The notes beneath the pieces are model-generated. The model had not been told where the DNA came from and did no database searches. It worked only from the letters and a program-made list of their open reading frames with translations. 64,000 nucleotides of DNA, taken from assembly GCF_018977255.1 (NCBI RefSeq), contig NW_024704742.1, positions 93,622,001 through 93,686,000 on the forward strand. The letters run 5' to 3'. Position 1 is the first letter of the stretch, and each line of letters starts with the position of its first letter. This stretch comes from Callorhinchus milii. Its lineage: Eukaryota. Of this stretch, positions 12,380 through 26,227 are shown in pieces. The position numbers were made by a program, and so were the translations under genes.

Positions 12380-13890
12380 CCTCTTCTCCACCACCAACTG
12401 GCTCCTCCACCCACCCTCTCACACTTCTCCCACCCTCTTCTCCAATTTCAACTGCAAGGAGATGCTGGAATTTCTCAAGCCAAAATCAAGGAGATCCGCT
12501 CAGCCAACTATGCCCTTCCAAGTGGTCCAGGACACTAACGCGTGTACAGGGAGCTATATAAATGCAAGTGGTTGTATTTTACCGACTTATCCTCCTCGGT
12601 CACTCTACTCTCACCTGCCGAACTGCCTACCCCACTCGTGCAAGTCACACTGGTAAACCAGTCACCTTCGCTCCCTCAAGGTACAGGGGTGTTCTGCTGA
12701 AATTTATCGGTCCATCAGCAGATCTGGCTGGATCTTATCAAAACTTACTGTTCCGCCCTCACCTCCGCTAAATCGTCCTTCTACTCCAAGATAATCTTGG
12801 AGGCCAAGGACAATCCCAGGCTCCTCTTCTCCACTATCGACTGGCTCCTCCAACCACCCCCTCACACCTCACCCATCCTCTCCTTCAACTCCAATCTGAG
12901 GAGATGCTGGACTTCGAGTCAAAATCAAGGAGATCCATTCAGCTGCTTCTGCCCTTCTAACTCCTACTCCCTCCCCATTTCCCCCTCACCTTCCTGCCCC
13001 TACCCATCACTCCCTTTGCACCTTCAAGCTTGGCTCCCCCTCTTCTCTCACCACCATTACAACCCGTATGATGAAACCCACCACCTACTCCCTCGATCCC
13101 ATCCTACCTCTCTACTTACCTCCCAGCTCTACCTCCTTGCCTCTCTACTTACAGAAATCGTCACCCTCTCCCTGTCCACTAGCACCATTCCCACTCACTT
13201 AAAAATAACTGTCATCACCCCTACCCTCAAAACATTTTCCCTGGACCATCCATGCATGCAAAGTCCACCTCATTGAGCCAGTCCGGAAGCTTGGTATCTT
13301 GTTTGACCCTCAGCTGTCACTTCTACCCCATATCTGTGCCATGACCCTCTCTGCTTTTTTCCACCTCCACAACATCATCCAGAACTCTGCAGCTCATGTC
13401 CTCTCCCGCAACAGGCTCCATGTCCCTATCACCCCTCCCTCGTCTGGCTCCACTGGCTCCCTAGCCCCCAGAGGATGAAGCTCAAAATTCTCAACACCTT
13501 CTAGGCCCTCCATGGCCTTGCCCCCTCCTACCTCTGCGAGCTGCTAATCACATACCGCCCAGCCCACCCCACCATTGGCGGTCGGGTCTTCAGTCTCTCT
13601 GCCCCCACCCTCTGGAACTCCATCCAACAGTCCCATTGCCTTGCTCCCTCTCTTGCCTCCTTCAAGGCACATCTCGCTCCTTTTCTACCATGCCTTCAGG
13701 CACCCTCCTCCCTGTACCTTTTTCTGCCCTCCATCCTCCCTGCCCTCCATCCTCCCTGCCCTCCACCCTCCCTGATCCCAGCCCCTTGCTCGAGTCCAAA
13801 TCCCTGACTATCCCATGCCTTGGAATGTCCTCCGATGTGAGGACATCGATTTGTCCACTATACAAATTTAATTTGTTGTTGTTGTTGATT
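12380..13890 (+). mobile_element. Decayed L2-clade LINE fragments
   Basis: C/T-rich sequence. Remnant peptides KDNPRLLFSTIDWLL and IPTHLKITVITPTLK, plus QNSAA and LHWLP-type motifs. Ends in the tail CCTTGGAATGTCCTCC...(TTG)n. Confidence 0.85.
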
Positions 13891-14139
13891 TTATGAAAAT
13901 CTTTTTGGCTTTTTCCTTCTCTCCCCACCTTTAAAATCTTTTCAAATAAAATTGTTAAAAAATACAGTAACATCTAATAAAATTGCTGACAAAATCACTT
14001 TGGATTCAAGTGCTGGAACTCACGACTGAACTTGAACATCTTAATATAACAAGTGACGGCAAAGTCACTTTTCATTACTCATCAGACGTTAAATACTGAA
14101 CTTTGAGCAGCATTGCTATCTAATATGCATTTTCAGATG

Positions 14140-14398
14140 ATAATAATAACGATAATCCTTACACTTGATATAGCGTCTTATTACATCTTCGAGGCGTCTC
14201 AAAGCGATTCACAGAATATACTCTAAAGTGAGTTGATTGTACATTTTGTGTGTAAAACATTGCAGCCAATTGGACACAGCAGTGTCCAACAAACATTCTT
14301 GAATTGAGTGACCAAATTATTACTATTATTTTGTATTTTTTTGTTGAAGCGATTATTACCCACGGAAAAGTGATCCGCTAATTGACTAACAATCGGGT
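14140..14398 (-). mobile_element. Truncated SINE
   Basis: Reverse-complement homology to 3683-4058. Confidence 0.8.
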
Positions 14399-14799
14399 AC
14401 ACTATAGTACATCATACAAGGAGGAATTCTTAACTTCAGTTTTCACACTTTTATAAAATGCCAGATTCAATTTCCTTAAACATACATTTCAATAGAGTAT
14501 GGTCTATATAGTCAGCAAAATATATTTCAAACTAAATTTCAACACTGCAAAATAAATATAGTTTGATTGAACAGCTCAACCATCTTCCACTGGGATCTAT
14601 GATCAGTTACTACATATGATACCTGGGAAGCATCAATCATTAAACTACAAACCAGAAAAGAGACACCTTGTCACTGGCAGACTATGACGAGAAAAGCTAG
14701 AACGATGGAGTCTAATGTAACACAGTTACTTAAGCAAACTTGAGGAGTGATTTCTTCTGGTGACCAGAAGTACACTATGCATGCCAACAACAACAACTT

Positions 14800-15140
14800 A
14801 TAGTAATAACCCTTGATTTTGATATAATGCCTTTCACATTGGCGCTTCATCTCAAAGCGCTTCACAGGATTCACTGTAAAGTGTAATTAATGACATATAT
14901 TTTTGTAGGCGGACATGAGAGTCTATATCATACAGGGTTATACCGCAAAGCGTCATGAAGTGAATGACCAATTTTATTTGGGTTATTGAATTGTGGATTG
15001 TTGCACAGGGCACCTGGGAAAAACTCCCATCTTTTTCAATAGTGCCACTGGATCATTAACATCCACCTGGACAGGCAGACAGGACCTTGGTTTAATGTTT
15101 AATCTGACGGATGGCATCTCCAACAATGGAACAATGCAGT
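14800..15140 (-). mobile_element. Older Deu-domain SINE (SacSINE1-like)
   Basis: AGTGCCACTGGATCATTAACATCCACCTG core, shared with about 16255-16480, 17640-17960, 32070-32513, 33860-34100, 38425-38745 and 50640-51160. Confidence 0.7.
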
Positions 15141-18100
15141 GGACTGCCTGCACACACACACATACACACAAATACACACACCCCTGCATTTGAGTGGCAT
15201 CTAAGTCTGTGAGTTCAAAAAGTTCAAAATCCTAACAAACTAGCTCAGCTGGTAAATCTAGTTACATTTCAGTTAAACGTTTGTGAATCCATAAACGTTT
15301 GACTCTGAGATGCGATAGATTTACCAGCTGAGCTAGGGTAACGACTTACATTTATATTTATGTAGGACAGTGTCTCAGAGTTCTTCACAAAGATGAAATT
15401 GGATGGCATGCAAAGATGAGGGAGGGGGAGAGTGCCAGTAGCCGTACACACAGACAAATGGGAACGCCGATCCTAAAGTAGATTTCATGAGAGCAGTTCC
15501 CAGGAGTTGGTGTGACATACTTCTGCCTCACTTATCAAGGAATTCTGATAGAAATATATGTATATCAAACTACATTCGTTATAACTACTTCAAAAAGAAT
15601 ATCTTCAAGTAAACTCAATCCCTTTGACATGATTGTGTTTTAAAATGCTTTTACCACCTTGTCTAGGAGTCTATAATATCTTCCTGGACTCCTGCCAAAC
15701 TACAATAAATGAATACTTTACAGACGTCTCAAAGAGCAGTATTAGATTACTGTAGTAAGCTGATAAAGCACTATAGAGTTGGCTGACAGATCCACAGGTA
15801 AGTGATTATAATTGAACAGTGACTGCAAGCACTCATTTTCATTGTAGGTTAAGATTAAGGGAAGATGTGATCCAGGCACAAATGAAGGTGAAAGCAGGTT
15901 CTTTAACAGAAACTGTGATCACAAAGCTAGAGGACACAGAATTAACATAACCTAAAAAATATAGTCACCACACTTTACAGTAAATCGTGTCAAGCATGTT
16001 TGACTGCCTCCCATTGAGAAAGATGCTATATCAAATGCAAGGAGTATTATTAATAAACCTAACATGTTACTAAACTAGTATGTTAACTGAGGCAAGAAAT
16101 TTTAAGAAATCCCTTTTCCCACACAGTCGATATTGTTTTTCTCAACGTACACTTGTCAAATTTAACCGTACTTCAAAAAATTAGAATACCATACATTTTA
16201 TTCTACGATTTACAATTATCCATAAAAAGAAATATTGATTCCTTTTGAGATAATCTATTTACATTTGTATAGTGCCTTTAATTTTAAAGAGCTTCACACA
16301 ATTTTACTGTGGCAAATGGGGCAGCCAATTTGGCACATCAATATTGCGCAAACAACCATGAAATGAATGATCACATTTATCTCATGGTTTGTTGGTTTGG
16401 ACACTGGGGGAAACTCCATTCTCTTTTCGAAAGTGCCTTGGGATTTTTAATGTCCACCTGAACAGGCAGATATGACTCAAGACTGTTCTTGGGTTTGATC
16501 ATCCCTGCTCAATTGCAATGGTTGTGGCCAAAGTCGCTGAGCATAGGATCTGTAAGGACTACCTATCTGGTGTCCTGGCAGGGAACATGGCACCCATGAG
16601 AAGAAGAAAAGTGAAGAAAGTAAATTGTGATAATAAGAAGTGAGAACAAACAGGGCAGGGGATCAGTGGTTGTTATCAAGTAACTGGTTAATGACTAGCC
16701 TTGTAAACCACATTCATCAACAATGTGATAATTCACATCAGCAAATCACAATTTATACCCTGACTGTCTTCGATGTCTACCCAAGTAGAGGTAAAACATT
16801 TTTAGCTTCTTATACAGTCATAAAATCTCAAAGTGTTTCACAAGTAATTCCTGTTAAGTGTAGTGACTGTGTCTGCAAAGTTCTGCAAACTACAGTGAGG
16901 TAAATGAATTTGTAGAATGACTATCTAATACTGCAGATAAGGTCAGTAGAAAAGATGTGTGGCTCATAGCAATACAATCATTGTTATCTTAAAATTGGAG
17001 ATGGTGCAATTGTGGAGAATTTTTTCACATAGTCTTAATTTGGAAGATGGTTTTCTGCAGTTCTTAGAAAGAAACAACTTTCAAATTAAGAATAGAAACA
17101 TTTTGCACAATTCGGCTTCAAATTACATTTTCAGAAAAAGTAGTTTATAACCTAAACATAGGTGGAATTTTGGACTTGTGGTTGTGGTTTCGAATTCTGG
17201 TGGCCACTAATTCCACCAGCATCACTAAACAGCTTGATGCTGTGATGGGGAAATGGTATGGTGGGTGTTCTGGAACGATGAGGTCGGACGGGCCAAAGGG
17301 TCTTCTACATCCCAACCAATCTCGTGATCTTGTGAAAATAAAACAAAATGGCTGCCATTTACTCAAAATGGTTGTTTGTGCCTTTTTATTTGGTGTTGTC
17401 ATTTCTTTTCATACTGAGCCGTTGTTCAGACCTGCAAATCAGTCTGGTTTGCAACACTGAAAATATAAACTATCGCAGAACTGGTTCAGGAGAAAATGAA
17501 GAGAAAAAGGATCCTTAAAGTGCAATGTTCCTCAAATATAAATAAAAATATTTCCAAAGGTTGTGCTGAAATGTTTGCTATTAATCCAGACAAGTATTTT
17601 ACACTACTTCACATCTCCACATTAGGACTTTGAACTCACATAGTCTAGGCTAGCACTCCACTGCAGTCCTTGGGGAGTGATGCATCATTGAAGATGCTGT
17701 CCATCGGATGGGATGTCAAACTGAGTCCTGTCTACCTGTTTAGGTGGACGTTACAGATCACACAGGTGAGTTTTTCTCAGTATCCTGGCTAACAATTCGG
17801 CGGATAAAATTGACCATTTACTTCATGGCTGTTTGTGGGACATTGGCTGCTGCATTTGGCTACAAAATACACAATCGCTATACAGTAAAATCCTGTGAAG
17901 CACTTTTAAATGCTCTCCCAAAGTGACAAGCTCTTTATGAAATTCAAGTCCTATTATTTCATGACTATACTTCCTCTAGTTTTCCCCTCTAGAGGCCAGT
18001 ATAGAGCTAAGAACGTACAAAGCCACAAGATTGTTGCAATGAATGAATGCTTAGAGCATGTCCAGACTCTTACAACCGAATGGCAATGCATACTTTACTG

Positions 18101-19199
18101 CTTGCAGTTTGTTTCCTGGGACTGGTATTTTGTTCTCAAGACATTGTTTGCTCTTGTAGATCTAGTTGGTTAAAAGGACTTGGCTTATTTAGTTAGCGGA
18201 TAATAAGGCATGAAGGATGCCTACAAAACACTTAAAATTCATTAAACTGCCTATGTCTGTTTGCCTAACAGCTTCTGTTCCCACTGATCCAAGAAGGGAT
18301 CTATCTTGGACAGTGTTCAGGTGGGTGTATTCCATAAAGAGAAAGAAGCCACAGGGCCACACACACAGCTGGATCTTTGCTTCATTAACGTCATTTTTCT
18401 TAAACCCAACCTGGTTCTGATGACAGATTTAAAGCTCTAAGCACAATTTGTTTGATTCTTTGATTTTCTATAGCAACAGCAGAGACAGACTTTTAGACTG
18501 ATGTACCTGAGCGAGACCTGCACAAGTTGTAACATTTGGATTACATTCAATTTTAAGAGACGGGAAGGGGATACTGAATTATTCTGGTGAAAATTAAATC
18601 ATGGTAAGACGAGTTGCAATATTGGGATCTGTACACTGAAGAGCACCCCAGCTCTAGAAGTGGGATTTCATAATCTATCATGCTAGTGTAACAAGTGGTG
18701 CTTGTTCATTGGGTGTCAACCTGGCTCAGTTGGAGGCTCTCACCTCCAAGTCAGAAGTGGTTGTGGGTTCAAAGCCACGTCATGGCTTTGAGGTCTTAGT
18801 AAAAATACTATTTTCAGGAATTTTGAAAATATGATAACATTATTATTTTTGAAAACAAAATAGCAAAAGTTCAGTAGAATGACACAACTCACTTTGAAGG
18901 CACTAAATCATTGTATTTAGTCAGCTGGGGAACCAACACACAAGGTTACTCAGATGAAGAACGCCCTTTGATATATTTAATCTTATTGTTCCAGAATATT
19001 CACCCTACTGTCCTTCCATCAAGCTTTGTGTAAATAAGTCTAGCGTCTTGGTCTCAATTAGCTTTCTTGATAACTGTCCCAATAGGTAAATTACTTTCTG
19101 GTTAAAGAAATACTTCCTGATGTCTTTTCTGAAATTGCCTATTGAAACCCTGAACTTTGCCCTCCTGTTCTGCTGTTTTGACGTATCTGAAAGTATTGT

Positions 19200-19577
19200 T
19201 CACGGTGAAGCCTCAACAGGTTGATCCTCGTCTTCAAATCCCTCCACTCCTCTGTACCCCCCTACCTCTTTGATCTCCTCTCTCCTCACAACAGTGCCCG
19301 TTGCCTTCGCTCCACCGGGTCTGGCCTTCTTCTTGTCCCCCGAATCCTCCGCTCCACCATCGGCGGCCGTGCCTTCAGCCACTATGCCCCGAGGCTCCCT
19401 TTGCTTCGCCCCCTCTCTTCCTATTTTCAGATCTCGGCTAAAGACCTTTCTTTTCGACCGCCTTTGGTCACCTTCCTCCCCACCCCCGACTCAGCCCCGG
19501 GATCCGTTACTTTTGATGCGCTCTGAGACACCCTCCGGCATGGAGGGCGCTATATAAATCCAAGTTGTTGTTGTTGT
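19200..19577 (+). mobile_element. L2 LINE 3' fragment
   Basis: ILVFKSLHSSVPPYLFDLL...LRS...GGRAFSHYAPRL (L2 ORF2 C-terminus) plus a (GTT)n tail. Closely similar to 63410-63800 on the other strand. Confidence 0.9.
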
Positions 19578-22500
19578 GGCAGTTTATTCTAGAATTTTAG
19601 AATAATTTTGGATGAACGAAAGGGTATAATTTTTACGTACTTCACTAAATGTAACTACAATTGCAGATAAAACATAATCTTCTGAAGAGAAAAGGGGACA
19701 TCCCAAAAAATTTAGCAAATACCACCATATCTTGGAAATCTTGCAAATCCTTTACTCCGATTTTTTTTGTTCAGAAAAAAGTTCATACAAACAATAGTTT
19801 GGCTGGTTAAACAGGTGAGTGGGCTGAAAAGGCAAAGTGGCACAATCACACAAGAATATTGTTTCACTGATATGCTATTCAATGTGCCAGAATGTGAGCT
19901 CATACACAATTTCCCGCACGCCAGGTTCCTGATCTTGGTTTTACAGTTAGGCACAGACACATGCTGAAGCAAGTTGTTTTCTTTTTAGTTGGAGGGAATA
20001 TCTAGAAGTCAGTCATTATCAGCCCGCTCTTGGTATATCTCCTAGTTGGTGGCTGAAGAACGGTATTGACAAAGGCTCCAGAAAGAAGATGACTGACCAT
20101 TTGCGTCTGGGGAACAGTGCACGTTGTGAAGAACCTAAAGAGAGAAAAAGGGTGTTGGCCAAGTTTGAGAGAGCGGTTCACAAAAACATTCTATACTCAG
20201 GCCAAATGAAAACAATCAAATCCTTTTCAATTAAAGTGGAAAGGAATTGCATGAGAAACATTTTAATGGGCTTTCGTGGCTCCTTCTCCCTTGTTGGAGT
20301 TCACACCCATATGTAAGCACTCTTTGTGAAGCCTGAAAGAGCCTGCAAATCCCTGTGCCAATTCTCAACATTGCTGAGCTCAAACAATGTAAGGCAGTGA
20401 TAATTTAATTTTCTTTCTGAAGTATTAGTTTAAAACGTGCGCATTCAGTGACACTGCAACATAATGAATTCATAGGCTCATGAGGAACCTCGGCTATGCA
20501 CCAGCACCTAGCAGAATTCACCTCTGAACTCTCGTCAATTTCTATTGAAACACACAATTGAATACATAACAAGTTAAAACCCAATGAAATTAATACCTTG
20601 CTTTCCCCTATTTTCTTCTGCTCTAAAATAAACCTCATCAGGGTGTGCGGTACCATAATTTATGTTACTTCTATCAATTTCTTGAAAAACGTAATTCAAT
20701 TTCATATTTTCTTAATTGAGAAGGAAAAAGCAATGTGCAGAGTTAACCTTATTGCCAGTTTGATTGAAGTTCATTATCCCAGCACAAATAACTAAGAATT
20801 AGATTTACAGTTCACAAAAGTTTTTTTTTGGCTAGCGAAGCATACACAATTCTTATCAAAAAGCTACTGTCAGCTGTTTACATCAGTTCTCAGTGTAAGT
20901 TATAACATTGCACAATCTTTGTGGAACTCAGACCCACCACGGTGAGTTCTTTTTAAAAAAANGCCATAGAAATCAGTGCATGGAAATTGCATTCCTCCCT
21001 TTGTGGCATTGAGCTCTGTAAGAAAACTGTATGTCGTGCTAAAACACGTTAACAAAACAACATGGAATCACTTCAATCTTTTAGGGTTTAGCAAACAATC
21101 AAGGAGAAACCTGCCCACTGACAAGAAAATAATCCATCAATGGGCACTGATTAATCCATCAATGGGCATTGATTTTCAACCTCCTTGTTCCGTCTATAGA
21201 TACAAGATATGTGTAAAATATAGGTGAATACACTCCCTTTTGCATCCATTTTTTCCCTTGGACTAACTCAGCACATGCAGCCACCCACACACAGAGCTTG
21301 GTTTACCTACGTCAATTTATATGCAGTAGTGTAAAAACTATTTTAAATGGTGAATTGGCAAAACTTATCATGCGAATCTCATTCCTCCATTGAATGAGAA
21401 CTTCAACAAAAGGTTGCTTTAAAAAAAACAGACAGGAGGCAGGGCATCTCACCCCAGGCACAGCAATCCCTTCAAATCGCAGATTTCAAACATACAAAAC
21501 ATGTCCACACGGACAAACACGTTATCTGCAAATCATTTAATTATCATGTTTCTGCAACAACAATAATAAGGGTTTAACATGTATGGACCATTTGTATACT
21601 TGATACATTGCATACATTTGTATAGATACTACTTTTAGTGTAGCCTTTTTAAATTTGCTTATGGTCACTTCCCCAGCCCTCCAGCATGGAGTTGTGCTCC
21701 GCCACTGTTAAGCGCTCTGGGATGCTACCCTGTGTGAGGAGTGCTATATAAAGTTGTTGTTGTTCTAGATTAGTACATGCACCCGGGAAACAGGCATTGG
21801 GACAAAGTTATTGTCCTCCTATTGTCCTCCACACAGATAAATGCAACCACCACTGTGCCTTTTTAGTGTCCTATACTTTATCAATCTGGACCTTCCCCTT
21901 CTCCATTGATCGGTGGCCAATTAACTTCATATGACAAGCACACTGCAGTTCTGGATTCTTTGGAGATGAGTGAGAGAAATGCACTTTAGAAAGGAATCAA
22001 ATTCCAGCCTCCCACCGCCCCACATCAACATTCCTGATCTCAGGTGGAGTCATGAAGCACAGGATACAATGGACACATGCAGTATAGGGAAGGAAAGCTT
22101 GCAAAGATTTTGCTTGAGCATACACTTCAGTATCTGCTATCAATTGGCCTCAGTGGCAAAGCAGAGAGCAGGTTAGAGCAGGAATGCAATGGTGTGAGGA
22201 ACAAGAGTTTGAAGCTTGAAACAAGAAAAATATCTTTAGTGGAGCCTCATAAGTCAGTCTCCCAGTCTCCTTCAACTGTAGTGTACTGTTAATTGTAAAA
22301 TCTAACCGCATAATGGGGTTGCAATTTTAGCAGTTCAAAACTAAAAATCACTGTAATTGCTACTTCCAGTTTACAACTGAAATTATCTCATTCACATCAA
22401 ATTCACCAAACTAAACCACACACACCCAATTGTCTACCAAGCTGATGCCTACTTTCCGATCTGTCAGACTTTTCTTGACCAACCTGAAAGCAAAATGCTG

Positions 22501-22976
22501 GCAACTTTGTCAATGACACATTTTCAATTCCCCTCCCCCTTGTGTCCAATAAAGTTATTTTCTTCTCCATTTTCACCTACAAAATAGAGAATCACACCAA
22601 TTTACAGTATATCCTGTGAAGCACTTTGAAATATCCTCCCAATGTACAAGACATTATATTAAATGCAGGGATTATTTTAGTACATTTTGGGCCATTTGTT
22701 TATTCTGTTTCTTTTCACATTAAATAATGGGAACCAAAATCCAAAACTCGCGCTTGAGAGCATCAATAATAAGTATAAAACAGGCCATTCTATTGTATGT
22801 CCTCTATAGCCAGTTTCATTGTAATTTAGTTGATTTAATGATACAACATTTTTTGTGACTACTGAAACACTTTCTGATCACAAGTATTCTTGTCACAAGT
22901 GAAACAATTACTGCAATCCAGTAACTGTGTTAAAATGGGCATTACAATATTACCCATTCTTATGTCTCATAACAAA

Positions 22977-23569
22977 AATAATTCTTGCATTTGATATAGT
23001 TCCTTACCACGTCTTCATGACGTCTCAAAGTGCTTCACAGAATATACTGTAAAGTGTATATGGGACTCCATCCCACGGTCCTTCACCTCACTTCCTCCCT
23101 TGCCTCCTTCAAGGCCGGTCTCAAGACCCTTCTCTTCGACCGTGCCTTTGGTCTCCCTCCCACCTCTCTGCCTTCCCTCACCCCTACACCACCCCTCCCC
23201 CATGCTCGGCCCTCGAAACCTGACTGTTCAGTGCTTTGGGATTCTTCCCTACGTGAAAAGCGCTCTACAAATGTAATTTTTTTGTTGTTGTATTGACTGT
23301 ATATTTTGTGGGCGAAACATGGCAGCCAATTCCACACAGCAGTGTCCCACAAACAGTGGTAGATGGAGTGACCAAACTATTGGAGGGATTATTACCCCCG
23401 GAAAACAATCCGCCAATCAACTAACAACCAGGTTCCTACATACTGCTATGTAAACAGAGGGGTGTGTAGTAAGGAAACTTGCCTAAGGTTTCGCCCCGGC
23501 CCAGGAAACAAACCCAGGTTCTCTTGCTTGCAAGGTGAGTGCTCTAACCACTAAGCTACAGGACTCCAC
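22977..23569 (-). mobile_element. Long-form SINE interrupted by a plus-strand L2 3' fragment (about 23060-23290)
   Basis: The SINE halves are colinear with 28411-28786. The insert encodes SLASFKAGLKTLLFDRAF and ends in (TTG)n. Confidence 0.88.
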
Positions 23570-25239
23570 ATGAAGGTGGGGGGGGAATGTGGTGGACGGT
23601 GTGAGAGGGTGGAGGAGCAAAAAGGGGGTTGAGTTGGTTAGAAATATGAACCATTATCCGAGGAGCAAATTATAACTAGTAAATTCAGCCCACTGCCTAT
23701 TTTTTGCTTAATAGCAAAATATCATTAACTCCCAAATGACCAAGACGTAACAAATTGCAATAATTCCCCAAGGTATCTGCTTTTAAACTACATTACCAAG
23801 GCAGGTCGTTATGAGTGAACAGATAGAACCCACCTCAGTCTCCACTATTCACCTTCAGCCACATTTAGAAATATAAATCTAATTACCAATAACTGAAAGC
23901 ATCACGTGGCAGTCAAACATATATAAAGTTAAAGAAATAATGACTGTATTTGATGAGATGAAAAGGCGTGCAGGTATCTTTTCTGCCTGAGTGTTAAGAG
24001 CACCTTTAACCACAGTAACACCCAGTAAAAGGACTATTAATGAGTTCATATAAAATGTTTTAGCCTCCATAAGACATCAAAAAGTATTTGCAAACGGTAT
24101 ATTAAACTGCAGCTTTTCTTCAAATTAAATCACTGCCTTTTGTGTTAAAGGTCTTTACTCCTAATTCCAACTAAAACCTTCAATGGAATGCTTTGACATT
24201 CATTTGGCTTTGGTGCACAAGAAGGGGAAGATGTGGAGACATAAATCACAACCCCTTATCTACACACAGGTCGTTGCCCTTCTCAATTTTCGTGACAAGC
24301 ACAGGTGTTCACCTGCACTGCCGCTACCTTCCAGTGCTACAAGCTAGCAGTGTTCCCTGCCACATTCACTTAGAGACTTAGTCCTTCGAATTTACTTTTG
24401 GTTAGCTGGGTGTCCGACACATACAAGAAACTATCAACATGCCTAAATTAATCCAAACCAGACTGAGGTTGCATATAGGTGCCATCTATGCATGTAAATT
24501 TCCCTGTGTGCAGAATGGAATGAGCACTTTCTCCCTGAAGGGACCCACCGTGCTTTACTAATTCCAGAGAACATTTGGTGCAAGTTGTTGAGAGGGAAGG
24601 CTTGGAGTCCCCAGAGTTTGCATTGAGAGTTCTGCTGAAGTTTAACCAGCGAAGACCACTTACACATAAGACCATGGCATAAATTAGGTGAATTTGGTTT
24701 ACTTGCAAGTAATGTTAACGTGACAAAATAGGTTCTGGATCTTCTGACCTCTGTTCCTCCTCAATCAATTGTTTTTAAACCAAGCAGTTTTGCCATGAGA
24801 ACGCCTCCTTAATCATGGCAAATGTAAAGGATAGACAGAATACATGTTAAAATGACAAAGAAATATTAAAAAAGTACAGATTTCAGGAGGAAGAGAGAAC
24901 AAACACTGCACCATTGCAATAATTATATATATTTACACAAGTATTGTTACTGCCAAGATCCTGGCTTGATGATTTAGGATAAAGTTGTTGAGGCAAACTC
25001 TTTAAAGGAAATCAGTTCTTGAAATACTTTAATGGGCATTTGTTGATGCATGTGCATAAAAACTGCTCTGTTGTCATTTACATGGGCATGACGAATACTA
25101 TCAGTAAAAATAAGTACATGTTCGACTGCACATTAGAGTGTGCGTGGTGGTGTCATACTAAACTATCAGCTTTCTACAGTTTTAATTTCTTCAAAAAAGG
25201 ATGCAACAGGAAGTAACATTTAAATGCTTAAAATAAATA

Positions 25240-25810
25240 CGACAACAACATTTTACATTTATATAGCACCTTTAATGTCATTAGGATGTTTCAACACTTC
25301 GCAAAGCTGACTGGAAACCTGAGTGGTAGAACAGCTTTGGGGGAGGAGGGGGAGGTGGCTAAAGATAGGTCTTCAGGTGAGTTTTGAATACAGCAAGGAA
25401 GAGGTTGAGGCGGAGGGACTCCAGGAAGGAGTTCCAGAGAGCAGTAGAGAGGAAGGAGGACTCCAGGAAGGAGTTCCAGAGAGCAAGCTTAATTCTTCCC
25501 CTCCAATGGTAGTGTTGATAGGTCAGGTTGGTGTTTACTGAGAGGAGGGAACAGCTGGGTAGTAGGATCGCACAGGTAGGATGTGGCAAGACCACAGAGG
25601 GATTTGAAAGTGAGGACAAGGATCTTGAATTTGATCTGCCAGAGATGGGACCAGTGGAACCAAGTGAGAATGGAAGTGATGGGAAGATAATGCGGGAGAG
25701 TGCAAGTGCTACAGAGCTTTGGATGGTCTACAGCTTACACAGGGAAGACCTGTCGAGTGCAACGAGGAGAGGATTAGAATATTTCAGTCTGAATTTGATG
25801 AAGGCCTAAA
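25240..25810 (-). mobile_element. Decayed L2 fragment downstream of the ERCC6L2 stop
   Basis: LWNS and FKTHLKTYL remnants, with the tail at about 25240-25290. Confidence 0.75.
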
Positions 25811-26227
25811 TGAGCATCTCATGACAGGTACAGGCACAAGCGGGCATTAATGTGGAGGTTAAAACTGAGCTAATGAGAATACAATAAAGAATTTAACTGT
25901 ATAAAATCAAAACTGTACATTTATATTTACTTAAACAAAAATCAGCAGATAAAAACAGTCCTGTCCCAAGAATGAGAAGAGAATTTTTGGAAGTGAAAAT
26001 AAATTCGGGCCTTTCAATGTCTACAGTATTTACAACTGAACATTATTGAAGCTCCTCCAGTAACTTTTTTTGGTCCATTCAAGTTTAGCTGTGGAAAAAC
26101 AGCAGAATACATCTTGATGCAAACATTCTTTTTACAGTTATCTTATATGAATCAGTTAAATGTATGGTTCCTGCCTGCTCAGAATGATTTGCCTTGAAAA
26201 CTTCTGTCATTGGTTGTTATCCAGGAT

